This document shows, one piece after another, positions 40,828 through 49,855 of a DNA stretch of 64,000 nucleotides. The notes under the pieces are model-generated. The model was not told where the DNA came from, ran no database searches, and saw only the letters and a list, made by a program, of their open reading frames with translations. The stretch is taken from assembly GCA_963755825.1 (NCBI GenBank), contig CAVWLA010000003.1:1313261-1377260 (forward strand), read 5' to 3'. The first letter of the stretch is position 1; the number at the start of each line of letters is the position of its first letter. The position numbers and the translations under genes were made by a program. This DNA comes from an uncultured Acidobacteriota bacterium (GTDB taxonomy: Bacteria; Acidobacteriota; Thermoanaerobaculia; Multivoradales; UBA5704).

Positions 40828-41214
40828 ATGCCCACAGCCCAGCCAGCCCCGCCGCTCAAGCCCTGCCCCGGCACCCCCAATTGCGTCTCGACCGGCGCGG
40901 GCGGCCGACCCGACCAGCGGATGGAGGCGATCCCCTACCGCGACCCGCGGGCGGCGCGCGCCCGCCTGCGCGGCGTGCTCGCCGGGCTGCCGCGGACGCG
41001 CATCGTCGAAGACGATCTCGACGGCCGCGGCTATCTCCGCGCCGAGGCGCGCTCGCTCATCTTTCGCTTCGTCGACGACGTCGAGTTCGCCTTCGACGAC
41101 GCGGCGGGCAGGCTCCACTTCCGCTGCGCCTCGCGCCTCGGCCGCTCCGACTTCGGCGTCAATCGCCGGCGGATGGACAAGATCCGCGCCGGCTTTTTGG
41201 CCGGCGAGCCGTGA
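40828..41214 (+). CDS. DUF1499-family protein
   Basis: CPGTPNCVS, FRFVDDVEF, SRLGRSDFGVNRRR. Confidence 0.9.
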   Translation: MPTAQPAPPLKPCPGTPNCVSTGAGGRPDQRMEAIPYRDPRAARARLRGVLAGLPRTRIVEDDLDGRGYLRAEARSLIFRFVDDVEFAFDDAAGRLHFRCASRLGRSDFGVNRRRMDKIRAGFLAGEP

Positions 41215-42173
41215 GCCGGGAGGCCGGCGGCGATCCATCCTTGCTCCACGCCCCGCACCGGACGGGAGGGCGGTTCTTCAACCCCTGGCGGCCGGAGACC
41301 CGCGGCCTCGGCGACCTCCTGCGCTGGAAGCTCGGCGACAACCCCTATGGGCCTCACCCACCGCCTCACGTGCCCGTGGTGGCGAACGACGGCCGCTACC
41401 TCGCCTCGCCCGCCGAGCCGCCGTCTCTCACCTGGGTGGGGCATGCGACCTTCGCCCTCCAGGACGGCCCCGATGTCGTCCTCACCGACCCTCATTGGGG
41501 TCCCCGCGCCCTCCTGCCGCGGCGACAGAGCCCGCCCGGGATCCCCCTCGCCGCCGTGCCGCCCCACGCCTTCGCCGTCCTTTCCCACAACCACTACGAT
41601 CACCTCGACGCCTGGACGGTCGAGCGCCTGCCGGCGATCCCCTGGTTCGTGCCGCTCGGGCTCGGGCGCTGGCTCCGCCGCCGCCATGCCGGCCCGGTCG
41701 TCGAGCTCGACTGGTGGCAGAGCGTCCGCCATGGGCGCTGGACGCTGACCTGCCTGCCCGCCCAGCACTGGTCCAACCGCCTCGACGCCGGCCGCAACAC
41801 GACGCTCTGGTGCTCCTGGCTCCTCGACTCCGGGGAGCGCCGCTACTACTTCGCCGGCGATTCGGGCTACTTCGGCGGCTTCGCCGAGATCGGGCGCCTC
41901 TTCGCTCCCCTCGACGTCGCGCTCCTCCCCATCGGTGCCTACGAGCCGCGCTGGTTCATGGGCCTCCAGCACATGGACCCGGCCGAGGCCCTGCGCGCCT
42001 TCGCCGACCTCGGCGCCCGCCACATGCTCGCCATGCACTGGGGGGTCTTCGACCTCACCGACGAGCCGGTCGACCGGGCGCCGGAGGTGCTCGCCCGCGA
42101 GGTCGCGGCCGGCGGGGCGGAGGCCTCACGGGTGCATCCCCTGGCGATCGGCGAGCGCTGGCTCATTCTTTGA
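41211..42173 (+). CDS. MBL-fold hydrolase, NAPE-PLD/RomA-like
   Basis: WVGHAT, SHNHYDHLD, PAQHWS, FAGDSGY, PIGAYEPRW, HWG. Confidence 0.92.
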   Translation: MSREAGGDPSLLHAPHRTGGRFFNPWRPETRGLGDLLRWKLGDNPYGPHPPPHVPVVANDGRYLASPAEPPSLTWVGHATFALQDGPDVVLTDPHWGPRALLPRRQSPPGIPLAAVPPHAFAVLSHNHYDHLDAWTVERLPAIPWFVPLGLGRWLRRRHAGPVVELDWWQSVRHGRWTLTCLPAQHWSNRLDAGRNTTLWCSWLLDSGERRYYFAGDSGYFGGFAEIGRLFAPLDVALLPIGAYEPRWFMGLQHMDPAEALRAFADLGARHMLAMHWGVFDLTDEPVDRAPEVLAREVAAGGAEASRVHPLAIGERWLIL

Positions 42174-42564
42174 GCAAGAGGGCGATTACCAGAGACGAAT
42201 TCCGCGAAGTTCCATTTCAGCCAGTTATCACGCTCGACTAGTCGTCAGTTGCTCCACTGATAACCATCTAATCGCCCGATTTCGGAAGGTTTTTCTCCAC
42301 CTCTCCCGGAGAGAAAATCCGACCTCCCTGGCGCTCCACCGCCAGCGCCTCTCTGCCGCTGTGCTACAGTCCACGCGGGCTCGGCGGGGCGCAGCGAGCA
42401 TGTCCGCATCCCCGGCGAGCCATCCCTTCGGAGGTAGCCGTGCCGCAAATCCGCCTCTCCGCGGATCGTCTCTCGTCTCCCCTCCGGCAGCTCGCCGGCT
42501 CGCCGGTGCGCGCCCTCGCGCCTGGCCTCAGGAGCGTCGCCGCGCCGCTCTCCGCGGAGGCGGC

Positions 42565-43494
42565 ATGAGGTCCTCGACCCAGGCCCTGCCCCGCGCGCCG
42601 CGCCGCGGCCCGGCGCGCTCCGGCCCCCTGGCGGCGCGGGATCCTCGCTTCCCGGTCCAGCTCGACCTCTTCGGCCCCCGGTCGGCGCCGCTCCGCGAGC
42701 TGCCGGCGGAGCGCCCGGCGCCGCCGCCGGCCCTCCCCCGGCGCGACGTGCCGCGGGAGAAGGCCCGCAACCCGCAGTCCGAGCTCCTGCAGCGCCTGAC
42801 CCGGCTCACCCGCGCCCGCCTCACCTCGCTCACCCTGACCGACAACCGGCGGACCATCCTGACGGTCAAGAACGCCCGCGCCGGCGAGCCGATCGCGCTG
42901 CGCATCCACCGCTCCTTCACCGAGGCCCCGGAGGAGGTGCTGCGCTCCGTCGCCGCCTTCGTCGAGAGCCGGCGGGGGAGCGATCGCGCCCGCGAGGCGC
43001 TCGCCGTCATCCGCGAGCACTTCACCCGCCATCGCGCCACCGTGCCGGTGCAGCCCAGCCGGCTGCCGGTGCTCGATCCCCTGGGGGCGACGATCGACCT
43101 GCGGGTGATGCGCGACGAGCTCAACCGCGACTTCTTCGCCGGCCAGCTCAAGGTGGACATCACCTGGGGCAAGGCCGGTGGGACGGCGAGCCACCGCTGC
43201 CGCGGGAGGCGGGCGCGGAAGTCGACGATCCAGCTGGGGAGCTACTCCTACGAGGACAACCTGATCCGCGTCCACCGCGCGCTCGACCACGGCAGGGTGC
43301 CGCGCTACGTGGTCGAGGCGGTCGTCCACCACGAGCTCCTCCACGCCGCGCTGCCGCCGGTCTTCCTCAACGGGCGGCGCTACGTGCACACCCCGGAGTT
43401 CCGCCGCCGCGAGCGCCGCTACCCCCTCCTCGACCGCGCCGAGCGCTGGATCGAGAAGCACCTCCCCGAGCTGCTCCGCCTCGCCGGCAGCTAG
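42565..43494 (+). CDS. SprT/M48-like zinc metallopeptidase (start uncertain)
   Basis: ITWG, LGSYSY, IRVHRALD, HHELLH, HTPEF. Confidence 0.82.
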   Translation: MRSSTQALPRAPRRGPARSGPLAARDPRFPVQLDLFGPRSAPLRELPAERPAPPPALPRRDVPREKARNPQSELLQRLTRLTRARLTSLTLTDNRRTILTVKNARAGEPIALRIHRSFTEAPEEVLRSVAAFVESRRGSDRAREALAVIREHFTRHRATVPVQPSRLPVLDPLGATIDLRVMRDELNRDFFAGQLKVDITWGKAGGTASHRCRGRRARKSTIQLGSYSYEDNLIRVHRALDHGRVPRYVVEAVVHHELLHAALPPVFLNGRRYVHTPEFRRRERRYPLLDRAERWIEKHLPELLRLAGS

Positions 43495-43512
43495 CCCGAG
43501 CGGCGCAGGGCC

Positions 43513-43941
43513 TCAGCCCTCCGGCGCCTCAACCTCCGGATAACTGAAGGTGATCGTCTTGTCGACCTCCTCGAGCAGGGTCTTGTGGACGGGGCAGGCG
43601 TGGGCGGCGCGCTCGAGCTTCTGGCGCTGCTCGGGGGTGAGGCCTGCCGGCATCCGGATGTGAACGGGCAGGGCACCGATCCGCCGCGGCTGGGCGATCA
43701 TGTGCTTCTCGACGCGGAAGGTGACGTCGCCGAAGTCGATCCCCTCGCGCTCGGCGACGATCGCCATCGTGGTGACGACGCAGGAGGCGAAGGCCGCCGC
43801 CACGAGGTCGGTTGGGGAGAACGAGCTGCCGTCCCCCTGGTTGTCGACCGGCGCCGCGGTGCGCAGGAGGGTCCCCGACGGTCCGTGCTGCAGCTCCGTT
43901 CCCAGCTTGCCGGTGTACCGGCCGGTGATCTCGACGCTCAT
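43513..43941 (-). CDS. OsmC-family protein
   Basis: APVDNQG, FSPTDL, SC...CPV. Confidence 0.92.
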   Translation of the reverse strand: MSVEITGRYTGKLGTELQHGPSGTLLRTAAPVDNQGDGSSFSPTDLVAAAFASCVVTTMAIVAEREGIDFGDVTFRVEKHMIAQPRRIGALPVHIRMPAGLTPEQRQKLERAAHACPVHKTLLEEVDKTITFSYPEVEAPEG

Positions 43942-43955
43942 GGCAGTTTCTCCCG

Positions 43956-44780
43956 TCAGTCGAACAGCTCGAAGTAGGCGAGATAGTCGTCCAGCACGCG
44001 GTCGAGGTTGGTCCGCTCGCGGACCCGGCGCATGGCGGCCAGCCCGCGCTCCCAGGTCTCGCCGTGGAAGTCGCGCCGCGCGCGCTCGATCGTCCCCAGG
44101 ATCGCGGGCAGATCGGCCGCGGTGTAGTACGGGTAGTCCTCTCCCAAGAGCTCGACGGCGCTGGCATCGCGGGTGGTCACCAGGTTAACGCCGCACGCGG
44201 CCGCCGTCGAGATCTTGCAGTTGGGCTTGTAGAGCACCTCGCGCTCGTCGGCGCGGATCGAGAGGTGGCAGTTGAACTCGAGGGCGCGGCGGAAGTAGTC
44301 GCTCGAGCAGCAGACGACGCCGGGGATCTGGTCGCAGAGGGCGAACGAGCGGCGGTCGCCGAGATAGGCGATGGCGAACGGCCGCTCGGCGGCGGCGGTC
44401 GGCGCGTAGCGCGCGTCCCACTGGTGGTAGATGACGCGGTCGCGCCCCCCCGCCAGAGCCGGCCGGCCGAAGTCGGCGAGCTGGCGGCCGTTCTTGAAGA
44501 TCAGGCCGTCGAAGAGGCCGAGGTTCTTGATCTTCGGCTTGAAGACGACGGTGTCTTGGACGTCGAGGATGGTGAGGTTGTCCTGGCGCCGGGCGCGCAC
44601 CAGATCCCACCAGCGCGAGGTCTTGATGGCGACGACGATCGCCCCGCGGAGCGCCGCGAGGTCGCGCCGATAGATCGCCGCCGAATCGACGCCGCGGGCG
44701 GCGAGCCCGGCGCTGATCTGGTCGGCGCCCATCACGGTCGAGCCCTTGTCGTAGTACTTGAGGAAACGGATGGGGCGCAT
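43956..44780 (-). CDS. Hypothetical protein, possibly GT-B glycosyltransferase-related
   Basis: Host-like codon use; KPNCKISTAAACG resembles a GT-B C-terminal motif. Confidence 0.6.
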   Translation of the reverse strand: MRPIRFLKYYDKGSTVMGADQISAGLAARGVDSAAIYRRDLAALRGAIVVAIKTSRWWDLVRARRQDNLTILDVQDTVVFKPKIKNLGLFDGLIFKNGRQLADFGRPALAGGRDRVIYHQWDARYAPTAAAERPFAIAYLGDRRSFALCDQIPGVVCCSSDYFRRALEFNCHLSIRADEREVLYKPNCKISTAAACGVNLVTTRDASAVELLGEDYPYYTAADLPAILGTIERARRDFHGETWERGLAAMRRVRERTNLDRVLDDYLAYFELFD

Positions 44781-44898
44781 GCGCTGGAGGGTGAGCGACG
44801 GCGCCCTCTTCCCCTTCCCATCGCTGGGGACGAGGCGACCGCGGCTCGCCGTGCGCCGCTAAGGATAGCGGCATTCGGCGGCCGAGGGCGAGGGCGGC

Positions 44899-46257
44899 TC
44901 AGGCCGAGGGATCGAACTGCAGCCGCGGATTGCGGCTCGCCCTGAGGAGGAAGTTGGCGACGCAGCGGGCCAGCTTCGGCGTCGCGCAGCTCCTCTCCAC
45001 CGCATGGGTGAAGGCGACCACGGCGGCGAGCGCGTGGTGTTGGACGTCCTGGGCCACCAGGATGGGGAAGGTCTCGGCGGCGAGATCGGCTACCTCGCGG
45101 CTCCTCCCCAGGCGGAGCAGCAGCGCGGCGAGATCCATGGTTACCACCGCGGCGTCGTAGGCCATCCCGTCCTCGGTGAACCGGCGCTGCACCTCGCGGA
45201 GCGCCGCCTCGGCCTCGTCGTCGCGATCGAGCCCGGCGGCGATCCGGCCGGCGAGCCAGAGCCGCCGTACCTCGGCCGAGGCATCCGGAAACTCAGCGTA
45301 GAGGTGAGCGAAGCTCTCGAGGTGAGCCAGCGCCTCCGCGTGGTGGCCCGCCTCGTCGGTGAACCAGGCGAGGTTGTGGCTCGCCCAGAGGCGCAGGCGC
45401 GGCTCGCGATCCTGGTCGAGGAGCGGCAGGCTCTCGCGGATGAGCGCGGCCGCCGCCAGCGGATCGCCCTGATGGCCGATGACGACGCCCTTGCTGAGGA
45501 GCGCCCGGCCGCGGAGGTGCGGCTCCTGCACCTCGCCATAGATGTCGATGACCATGTCGAGGAGCTCGACCGCATCCTCGAAGCGTCCGCGGTCGGCGGC
45601 GAGCGAAGCCTTGAAGTCGAGGAGCCGGGCCTGCTCCAGTGGATCGGCGGAGCCCTCGTCGATCAGGCTCTGCGCCAGGTTGAGCGCTTCCTCGGCGCCG
45701 CGCCGATCGCAGCCCACCCGGCGGGCGTTCCCCAGGTAACCCCAGGCGCGGCCCTTGAGGTCGCACACCACCGAGCGGCCGTAGACCGCGGGATCGACCC
45801 GCTCGGCGAGCTCGATCGCCAGCTCGGCGAGCTCCAGGGCCACGGCGGGCTCGTGAAAGCCGGCCTGGAAGCTGCTCTCGATGAGGCCGTCGCAGATGGC
45901 GAGGGTCCACAGCCGCGAATCGGCACGGACCGCCGCATGGCGCTCGCGCGGAGAGAGGGAGAGCAGGCCGCCGATCTGCGCCGGCGCCTCCAGCCGATCG
46001 CGCTGGATGCAGCCGAGGTGGCTCTTGAGCCGCCGGATGTCCAGCCGCGGCCAGGAGGCTCCCTTGGCCTGCTGCCTTGGCTCCGCCGCCAGCTCGAGCC
46101 AGGAGTCGCCGTCTGCCAAGGGCAGGAGCTGGTCGAGCTCGCGCTGGCAGATCCGGCACCCGGAGCGCAGATGCTCGACGATCCGCCTCTCCTCATGTCG
46201 GAAGACCTCGCCGCGAGCGAAGCTCTCGAGGTCCTGACGGCCGGGGTGGTAGCTCAT
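44899..46257 (-). CDS. TPR-repeat protein with an N-terminal zf-HC2-like motif
   Basis: GAGGA RBS; HLRSGCRIC motif; TPR helices (RAWGYLGNARR, GRALLSKG, ASHNLAW). Confidence 0.85.
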   Translation of the reverse strand: MSYHPGRQDLESFARGEVFRHEERRIVEHLRSGCRICQRELDQLLPLADGDSWLELAAEPRQQAKGASWPRLDIRRLKSHLGCIQRDRLEAPAQIGGLLSLSPRERHAAVRADSRLWTLAICDGLIESSFQAGFHEPAVALELAELAIELAERVDPAVYGRSVVCDLKGRAWGYLGNARRVGCDRRGAEEALNLAQSLIDEGSADPLEQARLLDFKASLAADRGRFEDAVELLDMVIDIYGEVQEPHLRGRALLSKGVVIGHQGDPLAAAALIRESLPLLDQDREPRLRLWASHNLAWFTDEAGHHAEALAHLESFAHLYAEFPDASAEVRRLWLAGRIAAGLDRDDEAEAALREVQRRFTEDGMAYDAAVVTMDLAALLLRLGRSREVADLAAETFPILVAQDVQHHALAAVVAFTHAVERSCATPKLARCVANFLLRASRNPRLQFDPSA

Positions 46258-46546
46258 CCTCATCCTCCTCAAATCACTCGCCGGCTCCAGCTCGACGGCG
46301 AAACGCATGGGAGGCGAACGATGGCCTCCACTGGATACAGTTGCCGAAACAGCAAAAAAAGGGACACCTGCTCCAAAAAAGGGCGCTGGATCCGCTTGGT
46401 CTCCTGCGGGCGGACCGCCTTCGGCCCCACCCGCCTAGTCGCGCCCTTCCAGGCGACCCTCCTCGGAACCAAACGGATCCTCTACCCAAAAAAAGGAGCT
46501 GGTGCTCTGCGGCCAGGCCGGCGAAGACGGGCCGCGCTGCGGCGGA

Positions 46547-46744
46547 TTACTTCCTCGAGCCGTTGGGGTCGAACGTGCCGCTCGAGGCCCCGATGAGATG
46601 AAGAAACACCGTCCAAAGGCTGGACTGGCGTGGATGGGGAGCTCTCCCGCGACCGGCGCCGAGGGGATCGGCGGAGGCGGTGACGGCGAGGGCTAGCGTG
46701 AGCAGAGCGGCGACGGCGGCGCGATGGAGGCTGGTGCGGGGCAT
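46547..46744 (-). CDS. Small secreted peptide precursor ending in GTFDPNG
   Basis: Signal peptide with ASA cleavage site; amphipathic LWTVFLHLIG segment; C-terminal DPNG. Confidence 0.7.
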   Translation of the reverse strand: MPRTSLHRAAVAALLTLALAVTASADPLGAGRGRAPHPRQSSLWTVFLHLIGASSGTFDPNGSRK

Positions 46745-46909
46745 GGTTCGACCCTATCCCGGGCAGGACGCCTGCACGGCCACGACGGACGCTCACGCCT
46801 GCCCCTATCTCTATGGAGTCCAGGCAATCCGCCAAAGCGTGACAAGTTGTAGATACACCGGTGCCTTTCGAGATGCCGCGGCGGCCCGGCCGACGGGCGA
46901 AGTCTCGGC

Positions 46910-47281
46910 TCAAGGGAACATCGCCGGACTCATCCCCACATCGACGATGCTGCAGCCCTGGCGGACCGGGATGCCGAGCCGGCGCGACTCCTCGATCACC
47001 GCGGCGTCCGCGGCGCCGGGGTTGAGCCAGACCTCGCCGGCGCCCGCCCGGCCGATCTCGGGGAGCATCTCGAGGGTGAGTGACGGCGGCAGGTAGACGC
47101 TGATGCGGTCGAGCGGCTGGCCGATGTCGGCGAGGCGCGGGAAACAGCGGAGGCCCTCCACCTCGCCCTCGTGCGGATTGACCGGGAAGACCGTGTAGCC
47201 GGCCGCCCGGTAGGCGCGCACGCACTTGTTGCCGAACTTGTTGCGCTGGCTGGAGGCGCCGAGGACGGCGATGGTCTTCAT
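46910..47281 (-). CDS. CoA-binding protein (YccU-like)
   Basis: IAVLGAS, PVNP, VWLNPGA; ATGA overlap with selB. Confidence 0.9.
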   Translation of the reverse strand: MKTIAVLGASSQRNKFGNKCVRAYRAAGYTVFPVNPHEGEVEGLRCFPRLADIGQPLDRISVYLPPSLTLEMLPEIGRAGAGEVWLNPGAADAAVIEESRRLGIPVRQGCSIVDVGMSPAMFP

Positions 47282-49287
47282 GGGGGACTCTCCTGGTGGT
47301 TGGATGGGGAGGGGCGGGCCGGGCGCACCACCTGCCGCTCGTCGCCGATCCGCCGCGTGGCGCCGGCCGAGTCGAGGTGCTCGAGGAGCGGGATCGCCCA
47401 CTTGCGCGAGAGCCCGAAGCGGTCCTTGAAGTCGGCCACCGAGAAGCGCTCCCAGGAGGTCGAGAGGAGCTCGCGGCGGAGGTCGGCGAGGGCCGAGGCA
47501 GCGAGGACGAGACCGTTGGGGAGCTTGACGAGCTGGCCGCGGGCGATCAGGTGGCGGACGACGCCGTCGACGATCTGCGGCTTGGCGGCGAGGCCGACGG
47601 CGAGCTCGGTGGGGCCCGGCGGCGTCAGGCCGGCGCGCGCGAAGCGCTCGACCACCGCCTGCGCCAGGCTCGACTCCTCGCCGGTCAGCTCGGCGCCGCG
47701 GCCGGGGAGGTTGATCCGCTCGCCGCGCTCGCCGGAGACGGCGAGGATCTTCTGCGCCGCGAGCCAGGCGAGATAGGCGTCGGCGAGCTCGGCGCCGCGG
47801 CCGCGCAGGATGCGGCGCACCGCCTCGGCGCGCGGGATGCCGACCGCCAGCCGGTCCTTCTCGAAGTACTCCTTGAGCACCCGGCGGGCGCGCTGCGCCA
47901 CCCGCTGGTAGGTCGCCGGGGTGATGTAGCGCCGACCATGGCCCGGTCCCTCGGGGACGGCGAGGAGGCGCTGGCGGCCGGCGAGGGCGGCGAGCTCGGC
48001 CTCCACCCGCGCCGGCGTCACCCCCAGGCGGCGGGCGAGCTCGGCCGCCTCGGCGCCGCGCTCGCCGGCGGCCTGCACCCAGTGGGCGAGCGCCGCGGGG
48101 AGGTCGCCGGCGATGCCGGTCCCGGCGGCGAGGGCCGGCGCCAGCGCCCGGCCGCGCGGCCGCCGCCAGGCGGGGTCGAGGATCTCGCCGCCGCCGAGCG
48201 TCGCCGCCGGCGACGGCCGGCGGACGACAAAGCGGTCGCCGCGGACGGCGACGATCGGCGCCGCGAGACGGATCTCGACGAGGCCGCTCTCCCCCGGCAC
48301 CAGCTTGACCGTCCCCGCCGCCGCGGGCTCGCCGTCCGCCGCCGGCAGCGGCCGCATGCGGCCCACCGCCTCGCTGGAATAGAGGTGCAGGCGGATCGGC
48401 GTGTAGCCCTCGATCGCCGCCGGCGCCTCGGGGAGGAGGGTCAGGCGCGCACAGAGGCTGGTCGTCGGCGCGAAGGCGCCGGGCGTCGCCAGCTCGACGC
48501 CGCGCCGCAGCTCGTCGAGCGTCACGCCGGTCAGCTGGAGCGACGTGCGCTCGCCGGCGAGCGACGCCTCGCGCGCCTCGCCGTGCACCTGGATGCTGCG
48601 CACCCGCGCCGCGCCGCCGCGCGGCAGCACCTCGAGGCTGTCGCCCACCCGCACCGCGCCGGAGGCGAGCGTGCCGGTCACCACAACGCCCAGACCGTGG
48701 AGATGGAAGGCGCGATCGACCGGCAGCCGAGCCGGCGCCGCCGCCTCGCCGCCCGGCGAGGCTCCACCGCGGGCATGGCGCGCGGCGAGATCGAAGAGCG
48801 CCGTGCGGAGCTCCGGGAGCCCCTCGCCGGTGAGGCTCGAGACGGGGATGACCGGGGCGCCGGCGAAGGGGGTCGCCGCCAGCAGCTCGTCGACCTCGAG
48901 CTGGGCGAGCTCGACCAGGTCGGGGCTGGCGATGTCCGCCTTGGTCAGCGCCACGAGCCCCGCCGGGATGCCGAGGAGCGAGCAGACGGCGAGGTGCTCG
49001 CGGGTCTGCGGCTTCACCCCTTCGTCGGCGGCCACCACCAGCAGCATGATGCGGATGCCGCCGAGACCCGCCAGCGCGTTGTGGAGAAAGCGCTCGTGGC
49101 CGGGGACGTCGACGAAGCCGATCTGCAGATCGCCTTCGCGGAGATGGGCGAAGCCGAGGTCGATGGTGATGCCGCGCGCCTTCTCCTCCGCCCAGCGGTC
49201 GCAGTCGATGCCGGTCAAGGCCAGCACCAGGCTGGTCTTGCCATGGTCGATGTGGCCGGCGGTACCGACGATGATGCGCGAGGGCAT
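47278..49287 (-). CDS. selB: Selenocysteine-specific elongation factor
   Basis: GTAGHIDHGKT, RGITIDLGF, DVPGHERF, C-terminal winged-helix LSRKWAIPLLEHLD. Confidence 0.97.
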   Translation of the reverse strand: MPSRIIVGTAGHIDHGKTSLVLALTGIDCDRWAEEKARGITIDLGFAHLREGDLQIGFVDVPGHERFLHNALAGLGGIRIMLLVVAADEGVKPQTREHLAVCSLLGIPAGLVALTKADIASPDLVELAQLEVDELLAATPFAGAPVIPVSSLTGEGLPELRTALFDLAARHARGGASPGGEAAAPARLPVDRAFHLHGLGVVVTGTLASGAVRVGDSLEVLPRGGAARVRSIQVHGEAREASLAGERTSLQLTGVTLDELRRGVELATPGAFAPTTSLCARLTLLPEAPAAIEGYTPIRLHLYSSEAVGRMRPLPAADGEPAAAGTVKLVPGESGLVEIRLAAPIVAVRGDRFVVRRPSPAATLGGGEILDPAWRRPRGRALAPALAAGTGIAGDLPAALAHWVQAAGERGAEAAELARRLGVTPARVEAELAALAGRQRLLAVPEGPGHGRRYITPATYQRVAQRARRVLKEYFEKDRLAVGIPRAEAVRRILRGRGAELADAYLAWLAAQKILAVSGERGERINLPGRGAELTGEESSLAQAVVERFARAGLTPPGPTELAVGLAAKPQIVDGVVRHLIARGQLVKLPNGLVLAASALADLRRELLSTSWERFSVADFKDRFGLSRKWAIPLLEHLDSAGATRRIGDERQVVRPARPSPSNHQESPP

Positions 49288-49329
49288 GGCGGGGGAGCCG
49301 GGCGCCGCGGTGCCGGCGCCGAGCCCGGA

Positions 49330-49791
49330 TCAACGCGGCTTGGCGAGCTCCTCGCGGGCGAGGCGCGAGATGGTGGCGCCGCCGGCCGCGGCGCCGAACC
49401 GGGCCATCATCTCCTTGACGATCGGCGCGGTGGCGGCCGGCCCGGCGAGGCCGCGCTCGGCAATCAGCGCCGCGATCGCGGCGCGGAGGACCGCCTCGTC
49501 GACCTCGGCGGGAAGGTAGGCGGTGAGGAGCTTCGCCTCGGCATCCTCCTTGTCGGCGAGCTCGGGGCGGCCGCCCTTGCGGTACTGCTCCGCCGCCTCC
49601 TCGCGCTGCTTGACCGACTTCCTGACCAGGCCGCCGAAGCCCGCCTCGTCCACCTCGGCGCCGCGCCGGATGCGCTCGTTCTTGACCTCGGTCAAGAGCA
49701 TGCGGAGCGTCGAGACGCGCTCCTTCTCGCTCGCCTTCATGGCGGTCCTGAGGTCGGCTTCCAGGCGCTGCTGAGGGGTGGCGGTCGTCAT
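49330..49791 (-). CDS. GatB/YqeY-domain protein
   Basis: AMKA, LRML, KQREEA, YLP. Confidence 0.92.
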   Translation of the reverse strand: MTTATPQQRLEADLRTAMKASEKERVSTLRMLLTEVKNERIRRGAEVDEAGFGGLVRKSVKQREEAAEQYRKGGRPELADKEDAEAKLLTAYLPAEVDEAVLRAAIAALIAERGLAGPAATAPIVKEMMARFGAAAGGATISRLAREELAKPR

Positions 49792-49855
49792 GCCGGGGAT
49801 TATCCCACGCGGGAGAGGGGAGCGTCGGGCCCGCGCGCCGGCGGGCCGCCGGGCT

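Noticed and set aside
38742-42173. 1143-aa ORF that could be mistaken for an NRPS next to mbtH
   Set aside because: It is mostly antisense to mbtH and the decarboxylase; only 41211-42173 is real, and there are no NRPS motifs.
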